Below are positions 12,306 to 23,862 of a stretch of DNA of 64,000 nucleotides, one piece after another. A program made the translations under genes and the position numbers. The notes below the pieces were generated by a model. That model made no database searches. It had not been told where the DNA came from and saw only the letters and a list, made by a program, of their open reading frames with translations. This DNA comes from Geosiphon pyriformis uo1. Its lineage: Eukaryota > Fungi > Glomeromycota. Each line of letters starts with the position of its first letter. Within the stretch, counting starts at the first letter, position 1. Where the stretch lies: the NCBI GenBank assembly GCA_016748015.1, contig JAAOMT010000507.1:1-64000 (forward strand). The letters are read 5' to 3'.

Positions 12306-14142
12306 ATGACCAATATTTATCTTTTGATTTTCTTGCTCTTTTTTATTCCATTGGTTCTTGGAAGGATTTCACGGGAACAGGAAATTGTTTATATCAAAGT
12401 TGAACACAAAACCGTTAATTTAGTTTCTGCGAGTGATAGCGACGATGAATTGCGGCTAATTAGTACTAATGATGAGGAACCTGCTAAATGGATGACCCAA
12501 AAAGAAGTTCAGTACCTTTTATGGAAAGGTATCAAATTCATGGATATTACCGACGCTCAGGATTTGGGAACAACTGTAAAATTTACAAAATCACATCGTA
12601 TGTATCGATTTATGAACTTGACTATTTTTGAATTTTTTCCACCGACCTAAATTTATTAATTCATTAATTCATTCATTCAATAATTCATTAATTCATTCAT
12701 TAATTCATTAATTCATTCATTCGTTCATTAATTAATTAATTGATAACATAACAGAATATCCAGCGGTGCCAATCTATCGAGAAGAAGTTTTACCCTTCCT
12801 AGGAGAGCTCACTACAAAAACCATGGAAATAAATCTCAAAAAATTTACCTCATTTCGTAATCGATACTATCGTTCTGAACATGGCTTGAACTCTTCCAAT
12901 TGGCTTTTCAAAGAAATCCAACGTATCATTCGTGGTGCTAAAAAGATAGACAACGTCAAGGTCAAAAAATTCAATCATCAATGGAAACAATTTTCAATTA
13001 TTGCTAGATTCGAAGGAAGCGACTCGAGAAAGAAAAACGAAGTAATCATTATCTCCGCTCATCAAGATTCGATCAATATGTACATGCCTTCAAACGGACG
13101 GGCTCCTGGAGGTATATGGTGATTCCTATTAATCCGAGGTTTGATTGTGCTTCGGATTAACTGTATCTTTAGTTTAAAGCGTTTTTAATGCACTGGATAA
13201 TCAGTGTAATAATTGAAATGGGTGATCTTTGGATTAACAGAATTTTTGGTTAACAATCTGCCAACTATAATATAAAAATTTACCATTTAATCCAAAGATC
13301 ACTTCGGATTATCCATCTTCGGCTTAACGGGACCTATCCTATCATTTATTTTGTTTTATGATCAATTCTTGATTTGATAAATAGCTGATGACGACGGAAG
13401 TGGCACAATATCAATTCTTGAGGCGTTCAGAGTATTAGTCAAAGGTGGCTTCAAACCTGACCGTGCGGTGGAGTTTCATTGGTATTCTGCCGAAGAAGTA
13501 GGGTTGCTTGGTTCCCAAGTTGTCGCACGAGAGTATGAGAGAAAGGGAAAAGATGTTATAGCTGTATTACAGGTAAGATTCGAAAGACCACGAAACATGA
13601 ACAAAGTACGAATTTTGTATTAAGGTTTTTTTTTTATATTCTAGAACGATATGACTGGTTATGTCGGCAGGAAACGAGAAACAATTGGAATTGTCCTAGA
13701 TTTTGTAGATTCAAATTTAACAATTTTCACAAAGGCTCTTATTGAAGAATACACTGCGATTTCATGGACTGATACAAAATGCGGGTAAGTTCCAAAAAAT
13801 ATAATCCAAAGTCTTTTGACAAAATTAATATTAAAAATTTGTCCATTAGATACGCATGCTCTGATCACGCTTCCTGGAGGAAAGCTGGTTTTCCATCCGC
13901 TTGTACGACAGAAGGCCCTTTGGAAGATACGAGCCCTTACATTCATACCACTGGTGACACGATCGACACAATTAATTTCAATCACATGCTGGAGTTTAGC
14001 AAGGTATATTCCCAATTTAAATTTTTCTGCTTTTCCGAATTCAAAGCTTATTAATTTATCTTTTTTTTATTTATTTTTTTATTTATTTTTATTTATTTTT
14101 TAGTTGGCCGTTGGTTTCGCTATTGAATTAAGTCATTTATAA
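12306..14142 (+). CDS. lap1: Secreted M28-family leucine aminopeptidase (LAP1-like); exons 12306-12597, 12755-13111, 13385-13572, 13645-13784, 13850-14003, 14104-14142
   Basis: Signal peptide ([19 protein letters not shown]) and pro-region FMDITD. Zn-ligand motifs [46 protein letters not shown] and YIHT; ends [12 protein letters not shown]. All introns GT-AG and in phase. Confidence 0.95.
13116..13341. mobile_element. MITE-like inverted-repeat insertion in intron 2 of the aminopeptidase gene
   Basis: Perfect 16-bp inverted repeat gtgatctttggattaa (13222-13237) / ttaatccaaagatcac (13287-13302). Imperfect terminal inverted repeats (gattcctattaatccgagg vs cttcggcttaacgggacc) and several ttcggatta units. 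Confidence 0.55.
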
Positions 14143-14618
14143 GCATCAAATATTAGATTTTTACATTTAAATAATATTGATATTTAAAAAATTCTTTCAT
14201 ATTAGATCTTTTTTTTTCAAAAAATTTTAAATTTTATAACGCAGTAGTAATTATTTCAACTTTTTAAGGAAAAAGAACTTTAAAAGGCCAAAATTTTGGA
14301 ATGAATTATTGCAATTTCTTCAAATACTACCTAAGCACGAAATTGGCTAAAAGACAGTAACAATCATTTTGCTTGAAAAGATTTCCTCTCTAGTATGATG
14401 ATTAATTTGAGTGAAATACTCAAAAATGAAAAGTCAAGCCTAAAGACTTTACAATCATGATATAAAATAATTAAAAAGGTTTACCCTTTATTTGGGAATC
14501 TAAATTTCAACTAGAGATTATTCTTTTTGAAATGCAAAAAGAGTAAAGATTTAATTCTGAATTTCAGTGTACTTTAATTATAACTCTGTCGCGATAAGTA
14601 ATTATTTTTATTTCTAGT

Positions 14619-15694
14619 TCATGTTTCAAAAACTTCCAAGTTAGCTGCCCATTTACGCAATAAATCGACTCCTTCCGCACAAGAAGAATCACGCACAATT
14701 ACTTTTTGCAAATTAGCAAATTTCGCTTCGGTTATAGGAATTGCCATCATTTGAGTAATGCCATGACAATTTATAAATTCCAAAACTTTTAGATTTCTAC
14801 AAAATGCCAAGCCAGTCCAGTTTTGGCATGTATAGAAATTTACTCTTGTAAAAATGATATGGCGTAACGATGAAGACCAGGATTCAATTGAATGTAACAA
14901 AACATTGGCACCAATACCAACACCAGAGATTCGCAGAGTATCGATATGTTTTACGATTGGCAAAAAGGAATGCAATGTCCCGACATGTAGCGAATTTTCG
15001 ATCCTCCATCTTGTCTAAAATTGGAAAAAAATTGAGCATTTAATCCCAAAAAAATAATTGCAAAAGAAAAAACAAAATTTTAAATTCATACAAAGGTTTT
15101 AAACAAAGATTCATTTATTATCAAAGGGTCGCCAATTTCAAGTTGTGTAATTGTCTTGAGACAAGGTAATAAAAAAGATTGGGTTACTTGATCATGAACA
15201 AGTTCCTTATAATTTGACGAAGGCTTAGTATGTATCGTAAGTCGAAGAAGGCGCACTTCAATTTCAAAAAAATATTTCAACAACACTAAAGTCATCATAG
15301 AGACGTCTTTTTCTGCCCGTTTTACGAAACTTTCACAATAATCTTGAACGGCGGAAAGAAACGCACTGTAATTCAAGTATTTTAAAAAGGAAAAGTAAGG
15401 AAATAAAACTGAAATGGAATGAGGTAAAACAATTCCATATGATGAAAGATCCTTTCGTTTATCTTTGTCAAGGGAACTTAGCAATATAATAACGACAGTT
15501 AAAGATTGTAATCTTGAAATAGTAAATGGTTGTCGCCAAAGAATTGGGATCGCTATTTTGCACCATTTTCGATTAACTAAACAGCAGTGATATATATGAC
15601 ATAGTTCACTCGACTTGTACCGACTATATCTTTTACTTTCAACGAGATTATTGAATATTTCTTCCAAAACGTCATCAACCACTACTGAACTCAT
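14619..15694 (-). CDS. F-box-like / RNI-like LRR protein; exons 15694-15092, 15014-14619
   Basis: N-terminal DVLEEIFNNL...YHCCLVNRKWCKIAIPILWRQPF is typical of the expanded Glomeromycotina F-box-like family. LRR-like segments (LRHIIF, LKVLEFINC). A GT-AG intron joins the two ORFs in frame. Confidence 0.85.
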
Positions 15695-17963
15695 TTGAAG
15701 GTGAATTCAGAATCGAAGCCAAATAAGAAGAAGAGACTCTGATGAAATTTCTATTGATAAGCAAGGAACGAATAAGCTTTTATGAAATAAAAAGTTTTTA
15801 CTGCAAGCAATTATTCCTTGTTTGGATTGTGCGACAACTCTAAGCCACTAAGAATAACCAAGTAGTCTCTTTTTCCTTTGCTTTTTTAGATTAACCTCGT
15901 ACAATTAAACAAATCCGAAAGTTTCTGAACCCTAAATTGTTATGGTGTTTGATGCATCTTATTCCATGAGGCAAAGAAAAAAAAAGTTATTTAAATTTTC
16001 TTTTTTTTTTTCGAAAAAAAGGGATTCCATAAAAATTTTGACTATTAGTCATTTTCTTTCATTTTACCTTTTTTTTGGAGGAAAAATGATTAAGAAATAA
16101 TAGTAGTCTTATCTCATCGATTGCCTGCCAACTGTTTTCTTTGGATTAATGCATATGGGAAACAAATTTTTGGGTGGTAAAATAAAGTTCAAAGTTTTTA
16201 TTGTTTAAAAAATAAATTGTAAATTATCACGATATATTTCTAGATTAAATATTAATTGTCATTAAAATTTTTGCACTTCTTACATTATAAATAATCCCCT
16301 CAAGTAGCATAAATTTTTAAATTTTCTTTTCCATTATATATCAATCAAGAAACTAACCCTTTCCTCCTAACTTGTGCTAATTTTATAGATTAAGCCTGAT
16401 AGCCTCGTCGTTCCAAAGTACGATGCTCAAAAAGCCAGGAATTCCGAGAAAATTTCAAAAAAAGCAAGATTTTTCTAGGGAAAGCCTCTAGAATTGGGAT
16501 TTTTTCAATGTGAAAAAGTTATCAATGCTTTTTAGAGGCATAAAATTCTTAAAATCATATTTTAATTGTAGAGAGATAAGCTTAAATTCATATTTAATTG
16601 TGATTAGAGCCGTTTTTAATAGATCCTTTTACTGTGTGTTATAAATATCACATATGAGATTGGGCTTAGATTTACATTCGCTAAGAGAATCAAAACTTTT
16701 AGAAGCTGAAATCTTGGATTTTTAGAAAGCATTTTAATTCTTCAATATTTATCACTTGCACAAAGTAAAGATTAACGCTTTGAGAGATTAAAAAGAATAT
16801 TATCAAAACACTTGAGATGGATTGATAAAAAATTTTAATTGTTTAGTAATTAAGTTTATGTATATATTTAGCATATTTATTATATAAGGATAAGTCTTGG
16901 ATTCAGAGAAAGTAAAAGAAAAAAAAAATAAAGGGTTACTTTCTAGAGTTTTTTATATGTACACGTATAATCAAAAACGTTTTTCATGTCAAAATTCCGT
17001 AGCTTATCATGCTATTAATTCTAATGATAGTTTTCAATTTTTTATATTATAAAAGAATTCTGAATTCTTGTCCCAGCGAATTCCAAAAACTTCGGATAAT
17101 AGCGAGAACGAATACAAAGAATCGGATATACTTTAGACAAATAGCTGCCAGGGTCTCATTTGTAATCTTTTTTTTATTCTTTAAAAGAAGAAACTTTCAA
17201 AGATATTTTCTTTTTATCTAATTGCTGCTGTTTTCTTATCAAATTTACAATGTTGTTTGAAATTACAATCTTTTTAAATTGAGCTGCTTTGAAATATATT
17301 ATTTTTGTTCATGAGGATTTTCACATGAGATAACTATTAATTTTAAGTGCTCATGATAAAGAAGCCGCTTGATAATAGAAGCCTGTAAATCAAAATTAAT
17401 AAAAAAAAAAATAGAAAAAAAAAGATTTTCGAGATTCCTCATTAATTTTGTTTCACTTTTCTGAACCAAAGTGAAGAGAAATTCCATGCCTAGCAATATT
17501 TATATTTTGCTGTGAATATAAAAAAGATAAATTTCGTTGCTCATTCTTATTTATTTAAAAGATATTGGGAATATCCCCGCGAGGCCTAAATTCAATTTTC
17601 CGAGAATTTATTTAATACCTCTAATATTTATGTGGATCCTCCCAATTAGAAACCATGCGCGTTTTTGTTTAGTAATATTTACCGAATCGGAAAATCTTGA
17701 TTCTATGGCCAAATAATGAAAATATATTGAATACGACTTTTAGATTGGCTCGATTGTGATTTATTTTCGCAAAACTTTAGTAGCAATAATATTATGATAT
17801 CCGAAAATTTTTTGATTTGCAAACGAAAAAATTATAAAATCTGGTCTGAATTTTAAAGAAAAAAATTGGAAATTAAAACATAAAAAACAGCTATATTGAA
17901 TTTCTTTACTTGTTGATTCGATACTTTTCAAAACTTAAACACTTTAAAATTTTTAATTTGAAA

Positions 17964-18782
17964 ATGCGTTACCAAAAGCAACCCATTTTCTTCATAATTT
18001 TGGCTACAAGCATTGTACCATTACTATTGCTAAACTCACCAATTAATGCTATTCCTTATTATAATGAACAACACCTTCCAATTTATCAGAGTAATTTACC
18101 CGATGATAATATTCCAATTTTTACCTCCTACAATCATCCTAGTCTCTCTGAAGCTCCACCTGCAACAAATATTATCATAGTTGAAGCTAAATCGGAACCC
18201 AGCCAACCAAATATCATCGTTATCAAAAATGATGATGATGATGATAATGATGATGAACCTCACCATCATCACCACCACCACCACCATCAGCACTACCACC
18301 ACAGTCATCATCGTCATCACCGTCATCATCGTCATCATCGTCACCATAACCATTACTCTAAACATGATGAGGCAAATGAACATCCTCCCTCTACAGGTTG
18401 GAGCGAAGCACAAATACCTATTGGACCCAAAGATTTGGGACCTTTTATAGCCGCCTTAGACAGAGTGATCCCATTTGGATCTGATGAAATACAAATTCAA
18501 AGTTCGGGTGAAACAAATGTCTCACCTCAATATCTTCCGGTTTCCGGAAGTTCATCTTCGGATGAAACATATGGCTCACCTCAATCTCTCCAGGTTTCTG
18601 GAAGTTCATCTACGGATGAAAAAAATGGCTCATCTCAATCTCTTCAGACTTCCGGAAGTTCATCTACGGATGAAAAAAATGGCTCATCTCAATCTCTTCA
18701 GACTTCCGGAAGTTCATCTACGGATGAAACAAATGACTCATCTCAATCTCTTCAGGCTACCGAAAGTTCATCCTCGCCTTAA
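17964..18782 (+). CDS. Secreted low-complexity protein with an Asp run, a long His tract and 18-aa Ser-rich tandem repeats
   Basis: ATG at 17964 (MRYQKQPIFFIILATSIVPLLLLNSPINA-IP, signal-peptide-like). TATAAAA at about 17833. Single exon. Confidence 0.75.
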   Translation: MRYQKQPIFFIILATSIVPLLLLNSPINAIPYYNEQHLPIYQSNLPDDNIPIFTSYNHPSLSEAPPATNIIIVEAKSEPSQPNIIVIKNDDDDDNDDEPHHHHHHHHHQHYHHSHHRHHRHHRHHRHHNHYSKHDEANEHPPSTGWSEAQIPIGPKDLGPFIAALDRVIPFGSDEIQIQSSGETNVSPQYLPVSGSSSSDETYGSPQSLQVSGSSSTDEKNGSSQSLQTSGSSSTDEKNGSSQSLQTSGSSSTDETNDSSQSLQATESSSSP

Positions 18783-18813
18783 ACCCCTTCAAGCTTCTGA
18801 AAGTTCATTCTAG
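18522..18813 (+). repeat. 54-bp coding tandem repeat (SSQSLQTSGSSSTDEKNG-type), about 5 units
   Basis: Repeated tcatctcaatctcttcagacttccggaagttcatctacggatgaaa... Confidence 0.9.
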
Positions 18814-21800
18814 AACGCTCATATCGTGATGTCTATTTAGATATTAAATAATAGACCAAGAAGTTGATTTCCATCCCTAATATTAAATCAATTTACAAAA
18901 AGCCCTTTAATAAATAAAAATTAAAGATATCATAACTCCATGGATTCTGTTTAAAATTCAAAGTTTATTTGAAACTAATTAATTGGAAAAAGGGTTATAC
19001 TTGATATTTTCAGTCGTTTTTTGGATTTAAATAATTTTCTTGTCAATAAAACGTCTTGAAAATGTGAATCTATTTATTAATTCATAATGTCACATGTTGG
19101 GTAAAGGTTACAACTAGGAAAAATAAGATATAGTAAAATAATTAATAAGAAAAATAATATTAATAAAAATAATAAAAAAAATAACAAATTGTCATTCACC
19201 ATTACATCATTGATACAAGTTGTCATAAAACCAATGAATTTTTTGCATCTATTAATTTTAATTCAAATCAAATCTTTTCAATTGCTATTATTGTATTCTA
19301 ACAGGTTTTTTCAATTATTTCAAATAATAATCTATTTCATTTTAAATACGTTCAATTGGATTTATATCAAGAGATTGAGAGCAGACCAATCAAGTATTTT
19401 AATCCTTTTTAAAAAATTCTTACTTTGTGAAGTAAGCAGTATGTTTAAAATTATTATCTTATTAAAAATTAATATTTTTAAATTAAATTATTATATATAT
19501 TTTTATCAATGTAATAAATGTTATTCATATCATAATTTTTCTTTAGTATTAATTTTTTTTATTTAATTACTTTTAGGTAGTGATTACATGAATGTATGGT
19601 TTTTTATTTAAAATAATTAATAAAAAGTTTTGGTTAAATATATAAATTTTTACAAAATTACCAAAAGATTGATATAAATTAATTAATTAATTAATAATCT
19701 GTTTTAAAACCTTTTGTTAAAAATAAAATATTATGAAAAAAAATTATGAAATAATTTGAAGTTAAAATTAAATATATAAATCTTATTTCTTAAATTTATT
19801 GTAAAAATTTAGTTTGTAAGATATTAATGAAAAATAATGTTTTTTTAATTAACACAATATTTAATCTTTATGTAATTTGTTATAAATTTAAATGAAATAT
19901 ATTACAATATTATTTAAATTAATTAGACCAAAATTTTGATTTAAAATTAGATTAAAAAGTTTTTAATAATTATGAAAATTTAATTTTTATTTATTTTTAT
20001 TTAGGCAAACAATAAATTTATATTTTAAAAAGAATGAAATATTTTTTTACATCAAGTACCTATGTATTAATTTTTAAAAAAATATATTTATTTAAACCTA
20101 AATTTATTTCTATTATTGTAAACATAAATAATTTAATTTTAAAAAAAAATTTAGCTTTTATATTAATAAATAATTTAATATTGAAATTAAATTAATGTAA
20201 TAATTAAAAATTTGGTATAAATATTTTATTTCTGTACTCTAATTTTAATAAAGTCATATTCATTTTTAATTGGTTTTATATTCTTGTATTAATATTGTGT
20301 AGTGTTTTTAAATTGTTATTGAATTTTATTTTATAAAATTTGGTTATACACATGCATAATTAATAATATATATATAACATATTAAATATTAAAATTATTA
20401 TATTAAAAACTCGCAATGTTTTGTTTGTATTTAAAATTCCTAATTTTTTTGAAAAATGGTTTTAGAGTATACTTCATTTACATTATATATATTTTTTCTA
20501 TAAAATAAGCTGTATATTTATTTTTTTGGTTGATTTCTTTAAAAAACAGACAAAAATTTAGTCATGTACAAATATGAAAAAGATAATTCAAAAAAATTTT
20601 GATTTTCTCTAATTGAATAAACACTTAAAATACTTTTTAAGGAAAAATTAAAAATTGAATTTTAATATTACGAAATATCAAAATTATATTCAAAATTAAA
20701 AAAATTGACAATTTAACTTGCCTAAATTAATATTAATATAAATGTTTGATGTACAAAATCTGAAAAGTTTTTTTAAAATTTATTTCTATAATGGATCTTC
20801 TTATTTTTTTTTGTTGCCGCAGTGTATTCCAATAACTGATTACTTTTGTAAAACCTAATTTTCGTACGTTGGACATGAATCGTCACCAGTTCTTATATTG
20901 GATTTAATGTTTAATCACAATTTTTTTTACAATAGAAAGCATTATTTGAAAAAATGAAAATTTTTTATTTATTTCAACATTCACAATAAATAAAGTAATT
21001 TTATTTAATATTAATAAAATTTTTTAAATTATAAAAAAAAAAGTTTTATTTGAGCTTTTTATTTATTGTAATTGTTAAAATATTTAAATATAATAATTTC
21101 TTTAAATAATTTATTTATTTTATTTATTACTTTATATAATACAACAAATTCAAATATTTTTTTAATTAAATTATTTTACAACATATTATAATTAATCGAA
21201 TAAATATTTATAAATAACAATATATTTTTAAACTAATTTTAAAATTTAATAATTAAAAAACTTTACACAAAATTTATTTAATTATATAATTTCTTTAATA
21301 AGTCTAATTCCTAAGTAGTTTAAAAATCTGATTATTAATTAATAAATTTTCTTTATTTATAGTTATTTTAAAAAAATTTGCTCTTTTGAATTTACTTTTA
21401 AAAAATAATATTTAAAAAACAATATCTGTTATTAAATTTTAATATTATCAATTGAAGTATAAAATTATGTTAACTGTATTTTTTTTTATTAACAACTATA
21501 AGTTATATTTATCTTTTCAATTTTTTTTTCAACTTGAAAAATAATATTTCAAGACTACTTTCATTAATTGAATAACTTAATATTCTTTTTTTATTTAATT
21601 TTATATTGTTTTTAATTTTTTTGGCTTTTTGCTATTTACTAATTTATTATTTTGACTTTTAACAAAACCAAATAAATTTTATTTTTTATTATTTGATTGA
21701 TATTTCAAATATATATCTTATATTTACTATAATATTATATTAATAATCGGTTTTATTTTGAAAATTTTTATCAAAGTTTAATTCTCCTAATACAGAATCC

Positions 21801-22135
21801 AAATATATAAAAAATGTTGTAATTAAGAATAAGGGCCCTATGTATTTTCCAAGTTTAACAAACAATAGTTAGCATCGAAAATGAATACTGTTCCCGAGAT
21901 TATGATGCATTATTATGTCAAAATGAAATATTTTCAACAATGAAGTTATGATGTTCAATGAAAAAATATTAAATTATATTTACATGTGAACTATTAAGGG
22001 AAATTAATTATATTCACTAGATTATGAAGAGACAATTTTTCAAATTCATTTGGCTACAGGTCGTTGTCTAGCTAACTTGCTATGTTTCTCTTGGAATCCG
22101 TTTAATTTCTTCTTCAAGTCTTATTTTATCCCTCC

Positions 22136-23862
22136 TCATTTGTGAGTCCATAGCAAATTTGTGAGAAGCAATGTACACATAAAACATCCAGCGCTGGTTA
22201 CCCAAAATACTTGATTATAACAATTGGCCCCGTGGCAGGTATTTTTTTGAGAATCTCTGTTGAAACCGTATAAAATACTAAGAATTTGGCCCCCGATTGC
22301 AGTTGACTATGGGAAGAAATATGGGTTAGATTTGATACGATGGGATCAACCATTGATAACAGAATATCTATAGCATACTTACACACGAAATTAAGCCCCT
22401 GAAAGGTGGTAAGGGAAAAAAAATGTGATTAGAAATCAATATAATTTTGTTCAAATGCTAACTGGATTGAATAATCAAAGTTATTGGAATTTCTAAGCTT
22501 ACCAATTCAAACCAAACCGTCGTAACCCAAACCATTCGCTGATAATGGTTGGACCTATGCTGAATATATTACCGTATCCGAAACCGATCAGCGCACTAGA
22601 TATCCATAATCTATTTAAATCTACTACGAAATAGCTAACGATTAACTGGCCGGTAAATATAAATATGCTTGCAAACATTAGGTACCACAAACGTCGCATT
22701 TGAAATGCATTTTTCGTAATGTCAGAAATAAATCCAGCAGCGATTCTCCCAATACAAGAGAAAATAGATATTAGCGACACATGGAGATTTTGAAGTGATT
22801 GCAGTTTTTGCCTCGTCTCATCTAGGTTAGATGGATCATTGTTGGAATGAGACGTTGCTTTGAAAAGTAACTGAACCATTGAGCCAACATTATTTATATA
22901 CATGAGCCCAGCACCACCGAGGAAAAACATGATAAAAGAAAATACTTGTGCATCTCTATTTGTAAATAAATCCCAACCTCCAATGTCTAAATTTCCATCT
23001 GATTGTGTCTTTTTATCTTTCGAAATTAATGGTGTACGTTCATTATCATTCGAAGAACCTAATGTAGAGGATGCTCGAATTTGATCTTCATTTTGCTCAC
23101 TGATGGAGGAACGAGCAGGTGAGGGTGCGACATGCAAAAACCAAGTTCCAATAAAAGCACAGCTCCCAGTGCTTATTGCCAAAAACAAGATAAATTTGAA
23201 AGTATCACCATAAAAAAAGAAGGTCTCAATTTGAGAGTATATAAATGCAGATAGTCCAAAAAAAGCTAAAGGCGTGGCAAGAGCGATACCTCGAAAATTT
23301 GGGAAATTCTTAGCCTGGGACGTAAGAACTGACATGAATCCTAAAGAAATGGAATAAATATGATTGATTGGCCTATCATTTTTGAGCAAAGCATTAGCCT
23401 GAAAATTCTAAAATCTATACCTGCAGAAGAACCCACTCCAGTCATAAAAAGGTAAAAAGCACATAAGATGGAGGAAGGTGGAAGAGAGCCTTTGTAAGTA
23501 AATGCTAGACAACTAAAGCTGCTAAACAAAACCACGCTTGTAAATAAAGTGGCTCTAATTTCAATTAGAAAAAGTGGAATAGGCAGAAATGTGATAAGTT
23601 TTTAGAGTTCAATAAAGAAATTAATTACACAAATTTACCTTCTTGAACCATATCTATCTACTATGTGTCCAAAGAAAGGATTTGACAAGAATTTTCCATT
23701 GTTAAGAGCACTTCCAATCATATTTATCTGGACTGATGAAAAATTAAGCTGTTGAGCTAAAGCTGGTCCATAAACTGAGAAAAGATATTGTGTCCCTGTG
23801 ATCACTGATATGAGATTTGCTGCTAGGAACGATAAGATGAGAGTTATTGGACGTGACAACAT
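22136..23862 (-). CDS. MFS transporter, MCH1/nodulin-like; exons 23862-23639, 23554-23421, 23340-22503, 22398-22383, 22306-22136
   Basis: GTQYLFSVYGPAL, GHIVDRYGSRR (MFS motif A), KNFPNFRG, GLMYINNVG, GRIAAGFISD, SEWFGLRRFGLNWG and C-terminal CHGANCY. Many hydrophobic helices; splicing keeps the frame. Confidence 0.9.

Noticed and set aside
18096-18813. Overlapping alternative-frame and antisense ORFs
   Set aside because: Shadows of the low-complexity His-rich gene.
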